A stretch of DNA of 64,000 nt, from the NCBI GenBank assembly GCA_964016885.1, contig OZ024742.1:170624001-170688000 (forward strand), read 5' to 3'. Under the pieces are notes generated by a model. It had not been told where the DNA came from and did not search any database. It saw only the letters and a list, made by a program, of their open reading frames with translations. Position 1 is the stretch's first letter. Each line of letters begins with the position of its first letter. The stretch comes from Eledone cirrhosa. Taxonomy: Eukaryota. The translations under genes were made by a program, and so were the position numbers. Positions 28,201 to 40,860 of this stretch are shown piece after piece.

Positions 28201-28233
28201 CACCTGAAGAAGGGCTTATGCCCGAAACGTCGT
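28201..28233 (+). ncRNA. Minimal hammerhead ribozyme core of Penelope-like type
   Basis: cac CTGAAGA a-gggc ttat gccc GAAA cg TC gt. Core intact but stem I is only 2 bp. Lies near the end of a (TA)n-flanked island 27628-28322, followed by AATAAA. Confidence 0.75.
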
Positions 28234-28320
28234 TCCCCACCACCACCCCACTCTCAAGAGCGTGAAATTAATAAACATTCGTTGTACTGCCTCTCTGTTT
28301 TGTTCCTGTTCAAATTTTCC

Positions 28321-28356
<36 letters not shown>

Positions 28357-28544
28357 TGTATATTTGCATATATATACCTTTATGTATTTGTTCCGCAAGA
28401 TTCTTGATGTGAACTCGTGTGTTGAAACCGATATTGTTATATTTGCGGATGGTCATGTTCCCAATAATACCAATAGAAAGAAACACACGCACCATATAAT
28501 TTTCACTTTATCTTTATTGGTAGTGTTCGTTATTAATTTCATTT

Positions 28545-28587
28545 GTGAAAGTTCTTTCGTCACACATTCTGTGACCTCCCCAGTGAC
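28545..28587 (-). ncRNA. Degenerate hammerhead ribozyme
   Basis: Minus strand: gtca CTGGGGA g-gtcaca gaatg tgtgac GAAA gaac TT. The consensus with 22679-22719 restores CTGAGGA...GAAA. Confidence 0.5.
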
Positions 28588-28790
28588 TATCTGTTTTGAG
28601 CCTCCTCTTTTTCCTGGTCTCAAACTTCTATTCCATGTTGTCTTTGTATATGTATATATATATGCGCGTATGTGTGTATGTGTGTGTGTGTGTGTGTACG
28701 CGAGTGCGCATATCTCATATGACTTGTGAACTGTATTATCGTAAATATCTGACCGCTAGTTACAGTGTTCTTGTGTTATTAAAATAACAG

Positions 28791-28955
28791 TGAAAAAAGG
28801 TTCGAAAGGACGACGAAAACCACACGTCTCTCCGTTCTCAGAATCCACAGATCGAATAATCTTATCCAACACCAGGCATCAAAATGATAAAACAGAGATG
28901 GAGCATCGCGTTACTGTGTCACTGGCTACGACAACATTGCCTTCCGGTTTAAAGT
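28791..28955 (+). CDS. Ig-superfamily gene, coding exon F (basic then S/T-rich stalk)
   Basis: Acceptor aataacAG (weak pyrimidine tract), strong donor T|GTAAGT, 165 nt, phase 1-1. Open frame LKKGSKGRRKPHVSPFSESTDRIILSNTRHQNDKTEMEHRVTVSLATTTLPSGLK. Confidence 0.7.
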
Positions 28956-29150
28956 GTAAGTATGGTGAGAGAATACGTAGACTGTTCCTTAGTCTTGCAC
29001 TACTAGTCGTAAGAATTGTGTAATAATGATAACAACAGGAATGAATTTCTACTAAACATTTTAACACGCATTTTTTTATCTGTCGTGTCTCTTCTTTGCC
29101 ATTTCTTTTTACTTTCTATTCTATTAATCTGGTTGGTAACACTTTCTTTC

Positions 29151-29199
<49 letters not shown>

Positions 29200-29308
29200 G
29201 ATCTTCTTCTTCTTCTTCTTCTTCTTCTTCTTCTTCTTCTTCTTCTTCTTCTTCTTCTTCTTCTTCTTCTTCTTCTTCTTCTTCTTCTTCTTCTTCTTCT
29301 TCTTCTTC

Positions 29309-29600
29309 CTGGTAGGAGCTTAGGGGCTGAGTCCTCAAGCAAGTCTTCCAGCGGGTCCAGTTAGAAGCAGCTGTATCCGATTGATCCGGATGGATTCCCA
29401 AACGAGACCAGCCGAGCACTTGGATGTTATCCAACCATCTTGCTTGGGGTCTACCCCTGGGTCTCCTTTAAGCTGGTTTTTGCCCATAAAATCTGTCTAG
29501 CGATTCTTTCCCGAGACATTCTAACCATATGTCCATAATATTGGTACTGTGATTTCTCAATTCGGAGAAGTAATGGCTCTACCTGGAGAGACTATCTGAT
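29309..29600 (-). mobile_element. RTE LINE 3' end with (GAA)n tail
   Basis: Homologous to 10762-11345; abuts (CTT)n at 29202-29308. Confidence 0.7.
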
Positions 29601-30241
29601 CTCTTTTCTTTTCTTGTTATCCTTGTTTTGTTTGTTGTTTTCTCTCATTAATTCTCGTTTTCTTTCTCTCTTTTCTGATTTGTCTGTCTTTATAATTAAT
29701 TCTATTTCATTCTTCCTCTTTCTAGTTTTCTCTCTTTTGTTCTTGTCACTCCACTGTTTTGATAACAACGTCTGTTTCTATAAATCCAAACTGTTGCAAT
29801 ACTTCCGCTTGTTTCTTCTCCTTTGTTAGTGGAGTCTTCTTTTTCTTTGCGTTTGTTTTCAATTCACCGCCAGCTTAATCGTGTAATATCTATTATCACG
29901 CATTACCGAAACAATGTGTTGTAATAAAAAACTACTTTACTAACAACCAACTCATCTGGCTTGATTTCTACATACATACTTACATATATGCATACATACA
30001 TACATACATACATACATACATACATACATACATACTTATATACATGCATACATACATACATACATACATACTTACATACATGCATACTTACATACATACA
30101 TACATGCATGCATACATAGATACATACATGCATACATACATACATAACTGGATATACACAGGTATAGGTACAGAAACATATACACGTGTACACATATAAC
30201 TCAAAATATACAGATCCCTACATGCAATGACGTCCATACTT

Positions 30242-30360
<119 letters not shown>

Positions 30361-30984
30361 GTATTTAGCTAGTTCATGTCTACAGCCTACATTTCAATGA
30401 AAGAGTCTTGTTTCTATGTTAGAAACCGGCTTTCCCTCTATTGGTGGAAATATATAAAATAATAAAACCAGAAGAATATACATATATACCTATATACATA
30501 CATACATACATACATATATATGTATATGCATACTCACATATGTTTGCATATATAAATAAAATCATAAATATATACATACATTATACATACGTCCATTCGT
30601 ATATATATACACATATACATTCACACACACATACATACACATCGAAATAAACACACACATACATAAATATAGAAATACATACATACACCCATACATACAT
30701 ATGTAAATACGTACATTTATGAATACTTACGTATATAAATACATACATACTATCTGACCAACACCACAAACTGACCTGCCTGACCTCCTACATGATCTCC
30801 TGACCCTCACCTGACCACCTGAGTCCCCTTAAACACCTGACCCTCCCTACCTCATGACTCCCGCCCACAACTTTACCACAACGAGCACTATCAACCCTTC
30901 CCCACCACCACCACCACCACCACAAACACAACCAACATAAACGACCTGAGAAGTCTCCCATGTGATGCAACCTCGTAAGAGACC

Positions 30985-31441
30985 TGTAAACTCCACAGAA
31001 GTGTAAGCTGTAACAAGATGATAGGACTTGGGCCCCTATCATTAAAATACCCAAGAAATCTCCCATGAAATGCCATCTCGTTAGAGACCAGCGAAGCATA
31101 TATAGGTGTGAACTGTAACAGCAACAACCTATCCCCAGCCATAGAAACCTTGAAAAATGTCAAGGGCACAGTATTTCACTGTCCTTCATCCCAACCTGAC
31201 TAAACAGTCAATTTCCAGCAAAGCATATATAGGTGTGAACTGTAACAACATGATAGGACTTGGACCCTATCATTAAAATACCCGAGAAATCTCCCATGAA
31301 ATGCCATCTCGTAAGAGACCAGCGAAGCATATATAGGTGTGAACTGTAACAGCAACAACCTAGCCCCAGCCATAGAAACCTTGAAAAATGTCAAGGGCAC
31401 AGTATTTCACTGTCCTTCATCCCAACCTGACTAAACAGTCA
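30985..31441. repeat. 232-bp tandem duplication
   Basis: 31094-31211 matches 31326-31441, with the internal subrepeat aagcatatataggtgtgaactgtaaca. Confidence 0.85.
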
Positions 31442-32759
31442 AAGAAAAACAAATCCCGGTTAGGATTGACCTAGGACTAAACACTAACAAAAAATGCAAA
31501 GTTATAATACAATTTCCCTGTCCATCTATTTTTTTTATTGCTTATCTTTTTTTCCCTTGAATATTCTTTTCATGATAGATATAACTTCGATAGTAGCTGT
31601 GTTTCTATATTTTCGCTATAGCATCCTTGTTTAAAGAATATAGTATATGATGCTCGTATGGCATGAAATAGTTAACCTCGCTTTTCTTAATTGGAAAAAA
31701 ACAGAACGTTATTGAAAATCGATGATAAATAATTTTTTCTTTGTAAAAAGCTGTTTATACAAAAACCAAACAAACACACTATTACAGGGAACATAAAAAG
31801 AGAAAAAGGAAAGGGAAAGGGGGCAGGCACAACAGACATTACACCCCAGTCTGAGCAGTGTTTCAGCTGCGCCTCGCGGACAAAATGGCAATGGCGTTAC
31901 AGCGGCGAACGGCCAGAGACACCCACAGCAACAGCCACACCACCTCACGGGCTCCCCTCCTCAAGTCGGCTGCTGTCTTCCCGAGTTTTTTTCTTGTTTA
32001 AACTGTTTTTTCCGTCTTTCTGAATTTTTAACATAATTTACGTTAGACAAATTGTATACTCTTTTACTCTTTTACCTGTTTCAGCCACCCGGCTGAGGCC
32101 ATGCTGGGGCACCGCCCTTGATACAGTATATTTTAAATTAGAAAAAAAACCCCATTATACTTTGATATATTCCACTATATACATTGCTTGTGATCGCTTT
32201 GAGTAGTGGTTGGTGGTGTTGAGCTCATAATCTTAAGTTTGAAATTTCGAGTCCCAGACCGTATGGGGGGCGTTGTACCATTGAGAAAGACGTTTATTTC
32301 ACATTGCTCCGGGCCACGCAACTGGAGTAAAAAAAATCAGTTCTGATGACACCGGTGCCAAGCTGTATCGGCATTTGCCTTTCTTTTACACAACGTGATG
32401 TATAGTGTATATATAATTTATGTATAGTGTATATAGAGTGTATATTTGAGTAACGACAACACTCCTACCACCACCACCACCACCACCGCCACTACCACCG
32501 CCACTACTACTATTACTACTACTGCTGCTACTGCTACTACTACTACTACTACTACCACTACTACTACTACTACACATTGCTTATAAATTTATGCAGCACT
32601 AATTCCACGTTTTTGGCATTACAAGCTTCCTTAACTCATTAATTATTACTACTAATTACTTAATAACCCACCAATTATATTAACTCATCTAAACTATCAT
32701 TTACTTATTATAGCAGTAACAACAATAACAACAACAGTAATAGCTCAACAGCATACTAA

Positions 32760-33495
32760 TAATTGTTTTTACCTTTGGCACAAGGCCAGCAATTACTCCA
32801 GTGCATTGCTGGTACTTTATTTTATCGACCCCGTAAGGATGAAAGCCAAAGTTAACCTCGGTGGGATTTGAACACAGAACGTAAAGGGCCATAACTCTAT
32901 GCTGCAAAGAATGTTGTCCGACACTCTACTGATACTGCCAATCCACCGGCCTTAATAATTGTTCCTACTTTTTGGCACAAGGCCAGCAATTATCCAGTGC
33001 ATTACTGGTACTTTATTTTATCGACCCCGTAAGGATGAAAGACAAAGTTAAGTTTCTTATTTAGGCACAAGGCTAGATATTTTGGAGGAGAAGAAAGTCG
33101 ATTAAATCGACCCCAGTGCGTGACTGGTACTTTATTTTATCGACCCCGAAAGAATGAAAGGCAAAGTTAACCTCGGCGGGATTTGAACTCAGATCATAAA
33201 GGGCCGTAACTCTATGCTGCAAAGCATGGTGTCTGACGCTCTACTGATTCTGCCAATCCACAATATACTAATAAGGGTTTCTAACATTGACACAAGAGCA
33301 TCAAATTTTGGGAGGTGGGCAAAGTTCCTTAAATGAACACCAGTACTTAACTGGTACTTTATTTTACCGATCCCGGAAAGATGAGAGACAAAGTTGACCT
33401 CGGCGGGATTTGAACTCAGAACGTAGTAAGTCATAACCAAATACCGTAAATCATTTTGTCCAACGCTCTACCAATTCTGTCAATCTACTGCTCTT
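32760..33495 (-). mobile_element. Cluster of about 4 copies or fragments of the same SINE
   Basis: Reverse complement of the 58690-59915 unit. Confidence 0.88.
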
Positions 33496-34736
33496 GCAAT
33501 ATACTAATATTAGTAATTATTTTCATAGCAGCTAATGTGTTCTGTTATAATGTTTAAAATATTCATTACTTCTACAAGTTGATGTTGATAATATTTACAT
33601 ATTCTATGCATAATCTATATATTTAAGTAGTCTCTCTTATAATTTGAAACTTAATTATATGATATCACAGACAGTTCTTATCGTCACCTTTACACACATA
33701 CACGTTCATATAAAAGGCGGCGAATTATCAGAGTCGTTAGAACGTCTGATTAGAAATGCTTTGTGTTATCCGTTTTGGCTTTCTGTTCTCTGAGTTTAAA
33801 TCCCGCTTGGTCAACTTTGTTTTTCATCCATTCAAAGTCGATAGAAAAGTACCAGTCTAGTACTAGGGGTCGATGGCTCCTCTATATCTCTTTCTCACTT
33901 CCATTCTCCCATTCTCTATCCCTCTCTGGAAGAAATCTGTCGTATTCAGACCTGGAGAGAGATAGGCGCCCCCAGGTTTAAAGATATTGCTAGAAACGTC
34001 GTACGTCAATGCAGCACTTCTACATGACTTCCTCAGGAATTACAGGACCATATATACATTCATATAAAGACGTATAAACAAATGCGTACACACTGCAATC
34101 ATTAGGTCCCGGTTTCGCTACCGCTGCGTGTCCCAAGTCGATCCAACCTTACCCAGTGCATTACTGGTACTTTATTTTATCGACCCCGTAAGGATGAAAG
34201 GCAAAGTTGACCTCGGCTTACAGGACCATATATACATTCATATAAAGACGTATAAACACATGCGTACACACTGCAATCATTAGGTCCCGGTTTCGCTACC
34301 GCTGCGTGTCCCAAGTCGATCCAACCTTGTGAGTGAAATTGGATAAACGGAAACTGTTTGGAAGCTTGTTTGAGAGCCTGTACCAGTAATTCAAAGAGGG
34401 CAGCCTTGTCACTCACTGTCACGTTGAATCTTCATTGCGGGTGTGTAGAATGCTCAGCCACTTCCACATTAATTTTACGAGCAGGCTGTTCCGCTGATCA
34501 AATAACTGGAACGGTTATTGCCGAAACTGTCGGTGGTTCACATATCTACCTAAATACACTCTTTTACTCTTGATTCTAGGCTGGATTGGAAGAATCGTTG
34601 AACGTCGGAAAAAATGCCTTGCGGTGTTTATTTACGGTCCTTGACATTCTGAATTAGAATCTCGTTTTGTCTTTAATCCTACATCCTTCCAAAAGTGATA
34701 AACAGAAGAAGCTGTGAATCAGCTAAGTTTTCGTCA

Positions 34737-36166
34737 GTCTCCTTGCTATTGTCTGGGCTAGTCCATTCAAACTCTTGATTTAGCCCATCTTCCTTGCTAT
34801 TGTCTGGGCTAGTCCATTCAAACTCTTGATTTAGCCCATCTTCCTTGATATTGTCTGGGCTAGTCCATTCAAACTCTTGATTTAGCCCATCTTCCTTGCT
34901 ATTGTCTGGGCTAGTCCATTCAAACTCTTGATTTAGCCCATCTTCCTTGATATTGTCTGGGCTAGTCCATTCAAACTCTTGATTTAGCCCATCTTCCTTG
35001 CTATTGTCTGGGCTAGTCCATTCAAACTCTTGATTTAGCCCATCTTCCTTGATATTGTCTGGGCTAGTCCATTCAAACTCTTGATTTAGCCCATCTTCCT
35101 TGATATTGTCTGGGCTAGTCCATTCAAACTCTTGATTTAGCCCATCTTCCTTGATATTGTCTGGGCTAGTCCATTCAAACTCTTGATTTAGCCCATCTTC
35201 CTTGATATTGTCTGGGCTAGTCCATTCAAACTCTTGATTTAGCCCATCTTCCTTGCTATTGTCTGGGCTAGTCCATTCAAACTCTTGATTTAGCCCATCT
35301 TCCTTGCTATTGTCTGGGCTAGTCCATTCAAACTCTTGATTTAGCCCATCTTCCTTGATATTGTCTGGGCTAGTCCATTCAAACTCTTGATTTAGCCCAT
35401 CTTCCTTGCTATTGTCTGGGCTAGTCCATTCAAACTCTTGATTTAGCCCATCTTCCTTGATATTGTCTGGGCTAGTCCATTCAAACTCTTGATTTAGCCC
35501 ATCTTCCTTGATATTGTCTGGGCTAGTCCATTCAAACTCTTGATTTAGCCCATCTTCCTTGATATTGTCTGGGCTAGTCCATTCAAACTCTTGATTTAGC
35601 CCATCTTCCTTGCTATTGTCTGGGCTAGTCCATTCAAACTCTTGATTTAGCCCATCTTCCTTGATATTGTCTGGGCTAGTCCATTCAAACTCTTGATTTA
35701 GCCCATCTTCCTTGCTATTGTCTGGGCTAGTCCATTCAAACTCTTGATTTAGCCCATCTTCCTTGCTATTGTCTGGGCTAGTCCATTCAAACTCTTGATT
35801 TAGCCCATCTTCCTTGATATTGTCTGGGCTAGTCCATTCAAACTCTTGATTTAGCCCATCTTCCTTGATATTGTCTGGGCTAGTCCATTCAAACTCTTGA
35901 TTTAGCCCATCTTCCTTGATATTGTCTGGGCTAGTCCATTCAAACTCTTGATTTAGCCCATCTTCCTTGCTATTGTCTGGGCTAGTCCATTCAAACTCTT
36001 GATTTAGCCCATCTTCCTTGCTATTGTCTGGGATAGTCCATTCAAACTCTTGATTTAGCCCATCTTCCTTGCTATTGTCTGGGATGGTCCATTCAAACTC
36101 TTGATTTAGCCCATCTTCCTTGCTATTGTCTGGGATAGTCCATTCAACTTCCTGTTTTAGCCCATC
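34737..36166. repeat. 51-bp minisatellite, about 28 copies (intron of the Ig gene)
   Basis: Unit ccttg[c/a]tattgtctgggctagtccattcaaactcttgatttagcccatctt; one stop-free frame on the minus strand. Confidence 0.97.
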
Positions 36167-36183
36167 CAAAGAGAGAGACAAAG

Positions 36184-36266
<83 letters not shown>

Positions 36267-36460
36267 TAGATAGAGAGAGAGAGATGTCAACGTTAAAGCA
36301 GTTACCACTGTAAAACTAACGAATTGAAATTACTTCACGGCGAAGCTGGATTGCGATGAATGTCGGTTTATCGATTTAAGCACTAAGCCAACAATTTTGG
36401 GGAAAGGGAAATTGATTAAATCGATCCCAGTGCATTACTGGTACTTTATTTTATCGACCG

Positions 36461-36835
36461 GCGGGATTTGTACTCCGAACATACACATCGCAAAGCATGT
36501 TATCCGATTCTTTACCGATACAGCCAATCCACCGCCCTATCGATCGGGATTTGAACTCAGACCGTAAAGGACCGTAACTCTATACTCCAAAGCATGGTGT
36601 CCGACTCTCTACCAATACTGCCAATCCACCGCCCTATCGATCGGGATTTGAACTCAGACCGTAAAGGACCGTAACTCTATACTCCAAACCATGGTGTCCG
36701 ACTCTCTACCAATACTGCCAATCCACCGCCCTATCGATCGGGATTTGAACTCAGACCGTAAAGGACCGTAACTCTATACTCCAAAGCATGGTGTCCGACT
36801 CTCTACCAATACTGCCAATCCACCGCCCTATCGAT
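36461..36835 (-). repeat. Tandem 97-bp repeat of the SINE tRNA-like head (3 near-identical copies plus 1 diverged)
   Basis: Units start at 36545, 36642 and 36739. Confidence 0.9.
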
Positions 36836-36995
36836 CATTATAAATAATAGTCGAGAAAACCAGTAAAGGGACAGTAAACCTGGACATAGATGTTGGGACT
36901 ACTATATTTCAAATTTCAAAATTTCCCAGTGCTCAACCGGTTGTTTACAATTTAAACATTAATCTTATTTTTTTTTTCTTTTATATATTTTTCAG

Positions 36996-37099
36996 ATTCT
37001 GTAAACATTTCAAACAGACAGTCAACTAGTCACCTGATAACGTTGTTCCTGTTGATATTAATTTCATTAAATTCTCAGTTAAATCTGTTCTTCCTTTAA
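36996..37099 (+). CDS. Ig-superfamily gene, terminal coding exon (GPI-anchor-type signal)
   Basis: Long pyrimidine tract plus ttcAG, phase 1. Translates YSVNISNRQSTSHLITLFLLILISLNSQLNLFFL*: small-residue region followed by a terminal hydrophobic tail with no cytoplasmic segment. Confidence 0.8.
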
Positions 37100-37144
37100 A
37101 GATTTATACCAACCTTAACAAATGTTATTTCACATTATCAAATT

Positions 37145-37150
37145 AATAAA
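37145..37150 (+). terminator. Candidate polyadenylation signal AATAAA of the Ig gene
   Basis: First AATAAA, about 45 nt after the stop codon; a second lies near 37240. Confidence 0.4.
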
Positions 37151-37319
37151 CAATTCTATATTTTACATTGTCATTCTTTCTTTTATTTGTTATCAATACT
37201 ATTGTAGTGATTTGCAATATTCATGCATTTCGGATCAACAATAAAATACATTTAAGAATAGTCTCAATTGCAAAATGTCACATGATCCACATGACAAGTA
37301 CGATGTGTCCGAATATGGA

Positions 37320-37430
37320 AGAGCCGAACTCCCACTGTCATCGCCTCCATCTCACTCGCCCTCCCCATCTCTCTGTATTGTGAGCAAATGGGGTCCCACG
37401 TGCTGACCGTCCCACAGCCCCGGCGGACAG
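37320..37430. repeat. Unclassified dispersed repeat
   Basis: ctccccatctct...tgagcaaatggggtcccacg recurs at about 62855-62945 and in reverse orientation at about 47340-47470 and 48990-49130. Confidence 0.65.
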
Positions 37431-37701
37431 GTTGTTGTTGTCGTCGTCGTCGTTGTTGTTGTTGTTGTTGTTGTTTTTAATGTTACTGTTGTTGTTGTTA
37501 ATGTTACTGTTGTTGTTCTTGGTTGTTGGTATTGTTGTTGATGTTGTTGAAGTTGTTGATTGTTTGTGTTGATGTTGTTGTTGTTGTTGATGATGTTGTT
37601 GATTGTTTGTGTTGATGTTGTTGTTGCTGATGATGTTGATGTTGTTGTTGTTGATGTTGTTGATTGTTTGTGTTGATGATGATGATGTTGTTGATATTGC
37701 T

Positions 37702-37744
<43 letters not shown>

Positions 37745-38032
37745 ATTGTGTGTGTTGATGTTGATGTTGATGTTGTTGATGTTGTTGATGTTGTTGTTGC
37801 TGTTGTTGATGTTATTCATTGCTGAAGACTAAAAGCAGAGCAGTAACTTTAAACTGTATTGGTCTACCAGTAAGATAGTCAGATGTTCTAACAACTCTGT
37901 CAACTCGCTGCCTTAAATGCTAAATATACAATGGTCTATGTATGTATGTATGTATGTATGTATGTATGTATGTATGTATGTATGTATGTATGTATGTATG
38001 CATGCATGCATGCATGCATGCATGTATGTATG

Positions 38033-40560
38033 TTATCTCTTTCTCTTAATTTCGAGTATATTTTTTTGACCGGCCACCTTCCTGGTGGCAAGGTTATAAA
38101 AGAAAATAAATTGTCATCCCTTGAATCGCAAGAATGTTTTACAAATTTTGAAGGTGCCAGCTATCGCAGCCATTTGTGGACTATGAATTAGGGAGTTGCG
38201 CTCTTTGTACGCAAATCCAAGTTCAGTCATACTTTGGTCCAAGCGGGTTGGTATATAACCCGTAGCTCCAATAATGATGGGTATGAAGCTAAAGGTGTAT
38301 CTTGGATACTGGATTTGTAAACTCCTCATCAATGGTCCGTAGATGTCCTCCTTCTCCTGTATTTTTCTGACAACGTTAACATCAAGTGGGCAGCTGATCT
38401 CCACAACAGAACACGTTTTCAATGTGTGGTCCCAAACAACAATATCAGGCCGGTTGTGCTTTAATTTGGTGGCAGTTTTTATTTTCAGGTTCCACCAGTA
38501 TTCCTTAGTGCCATCTGTCTCAATATATTCTTCCTCGTTTGTTGTTAATTTTGTTTTCCGAAGTGCGTTCCAGATGGTTCTAGCTATCCCATCGTGTCTC
38601 ATGGGGAGGTAGTAGCGAGATGACATTCTTTCGCAGCTGGCAACAATGTGGCTTACATCCTCGATCTTTGTTTTACATAGCCTACATTTATTGTCAGCTG
38701 CTGGCCCTCCTCTTTTGTGCAGCAGATATTTGGTAGGGAGTTCTTGTTCTTGTATTGCATAGAGATATCCCTCAAGGTGTGATGTCATAAACTCGTCGGA
38801 ACTCCATGCCAGGCTTTTTGAATGGTTTATCGCCTCTATGGTCTGTGTTTTACGTCTCAAGTATCCATGCACAACTTTTTCTGTAAATTGGTCAATTTTT
38901 TCATCTTGTTTGAACATTGAATAGGATCTCTCTGGGTGAGAGATTTATATCAGGCTTTATTCCATATCTCTCCTTCAGATCAGTGGCTATTCTAATGATA
39001 TTTTTTTTTTCATGCTCAGAAACCTGGGCAAGATGGTTGCCAACCTTTTTCCTCTGTTGAAGATGTTGCTTCAGTGTTACTATCCGGGTCTCATATGATG
39101 TTAATATGGATTTTAGACCCCGGCCACCTTCCTTGTGTGAGAAGTATAGCCTATCCACATCACCATTGATGTTGTAGTTCCTAGTAACACTGAGAAGTTT
39201 GCGAGTTCTAACATCCATCTCACTTAGTTCTTGCAATGACCAGTTCAGCAGGCCAAATGTTGGCGTTAGAATTGGCACAGCATAAGTATTGTGGGCAATG
39301 TATTTGTTGTACGCTGACAGTTTTGATGACCATATTTTCTTTACTCTTCTGAGGTATTCAGTTCAGGTTCTCTCCTTATTTATGGGTCCATCATATCTGA
39401 CATTCTCATCCTGTCCAAGATATCTGTAGTTGTCACCTGACTGTAGAGGTTGTATTGTCAGGCCGTTCATCTCTAGGTTTCTAGAGGAGGGCACAGCTCT
39501 TCCACGTTTTACTGCCAAATATGCACACTTGGGCTCACCAAATTTCATTTTGATGTCGGTTGAAAATTGTGTAATGAGGTCCAATTGTTTCTTGATGTCA
39601 TTGATATTTGGCCCATACAACTTCAGGTCATCAACAAAGAAAAGATGGGAGATACTTCTGGACCCACTTCTTTGTCCACCTTGTTTCCTGAGTAGGTAAG
39701 ATGGTGGATTCAGTGAGAGAACGAAGAGTAGCACTGACAAGCTATCACCCTGAAAGATGCCCTTCTTGTAATGCATCTTATCAGTCTTAACTTGCTCCTT
39801 CTTACCTCTAAGGATCAAATTGGTGTACCAGTTCTTGGTCAGGCGTTCAACAGCAGCTACCAATGGTTGTGGGACTTTGGCTAACTGTAAAGCCTTAACA
39901 ATCCACCCATGGGGTACACTATCAAATGCTTTTTGATAGTCCAGCCACACCACAGTCATCTTTCTGCGATTCTTTGTTGTTTTTTCCTGAATCATTTTGT
40001 TAGTTAGTAAGTGATCTATGCAACCCCACACCTCCCTCTTTCCACAAGCTTATTCAGGTGTTATGATGTTGTTGGTAGCACAGTGATCCTGTAAGAACAG
40101 GTTAAGGCACCCAGTATATAATTTATACATGATGTTTTGGCAGGCTATTGGGCGGTAATTTTTAGCAAGGCAATGAGGAGAGTAGTGGCAGTTGATAACC
40201 ATCTGGGCAGTTCTTGTGTGCCTTAAATGGTTTCTGTAAACAGCCGTATGAGATCTTGCCGATAGAAAGTGAAATTCTTCAACCAGTATCCTGTAATGAG
40301 GTCTGGGGCTGGCGATTTCCTATTCGACATTTTCTGTAGAGCTGTTTCCAGTATTGACCCATCTATGTCATATTGTTTTGTCTGGACATGTTGGCAGTAG
40401 TCCTGTTCCAGTTCTTTTAGCCAATTAGTTTGTCTGTTGAATCCGTCATCCGTTTCCCATCTAGATCTCCAGTAGCTCTCAACCTGTTCTTTTGAAGGGG
40501 TGTCATTTACAGGGATTGAGCTTTTGCCACCGAAGCTGCGATAAACTGATTTAGAATCTA
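38033..40560 (-). mobile_element. 5'-truncated, decayed RLE non-LTR retrotransposon (Dong/R4-like) in (TACA)n
   Basis: RT motifs WLDYQKAFDSVPH, GIFQGDSLS and HLFFVDDLKLY; CCHC knuckle CRLC...HIVASC; RHD and RPDIVV...VVEISCP (PD-D/ExK endonuclease). Broken by frameshifts and stops. The 80-bp 3' UTR abuts the microsatellite. Confidence 0.92.
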
Positions 40561-40570
40561 TGTATGTATG

Positions 40571-40760
40571 TTTTCTCTTTCTCTTAATTTCGAGTATATT
40601 TTTTTTGACCGGCCACCTTCCTGGTGGCAAGGTTGTAAAAGAAAAGAAATTGTCATCCCTTGAATCGCAAGAATGTTTTGCAAATTTTGAAGGTGCCAGC
40701 TATCGCAACCATTTGTAGACTATGATTTAGGGAGCTGCGCTTTTTGTTCGCAAATCCAAG
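40571..40760 (-). mobile_element. Second, 3'-end-only copy of the same RLE LINE
   Basis: Near-identical to 38033-38222 (AIAGTFKICKTFLRFKG* plus 3' UTR). Separated from the first copy by tgtatgtatg. Confidence 0.9.
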
Positions 40761-40860
40761 TATGTATGTATGTATGTATGTATGTATGTATGTATGTATG
40801 TATGTATGTATGTATGTATGTATGTATGCATGTATGCATGTATGTATGTATGTATGTATG

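Noticed and set aside
34737-36166. CRISPR-like array (also considered for the 24-, 60- and 97-bp repeats)
   Set aside because: Units are contiguous with no unique spacers; eukaryotic context and no cas genes.
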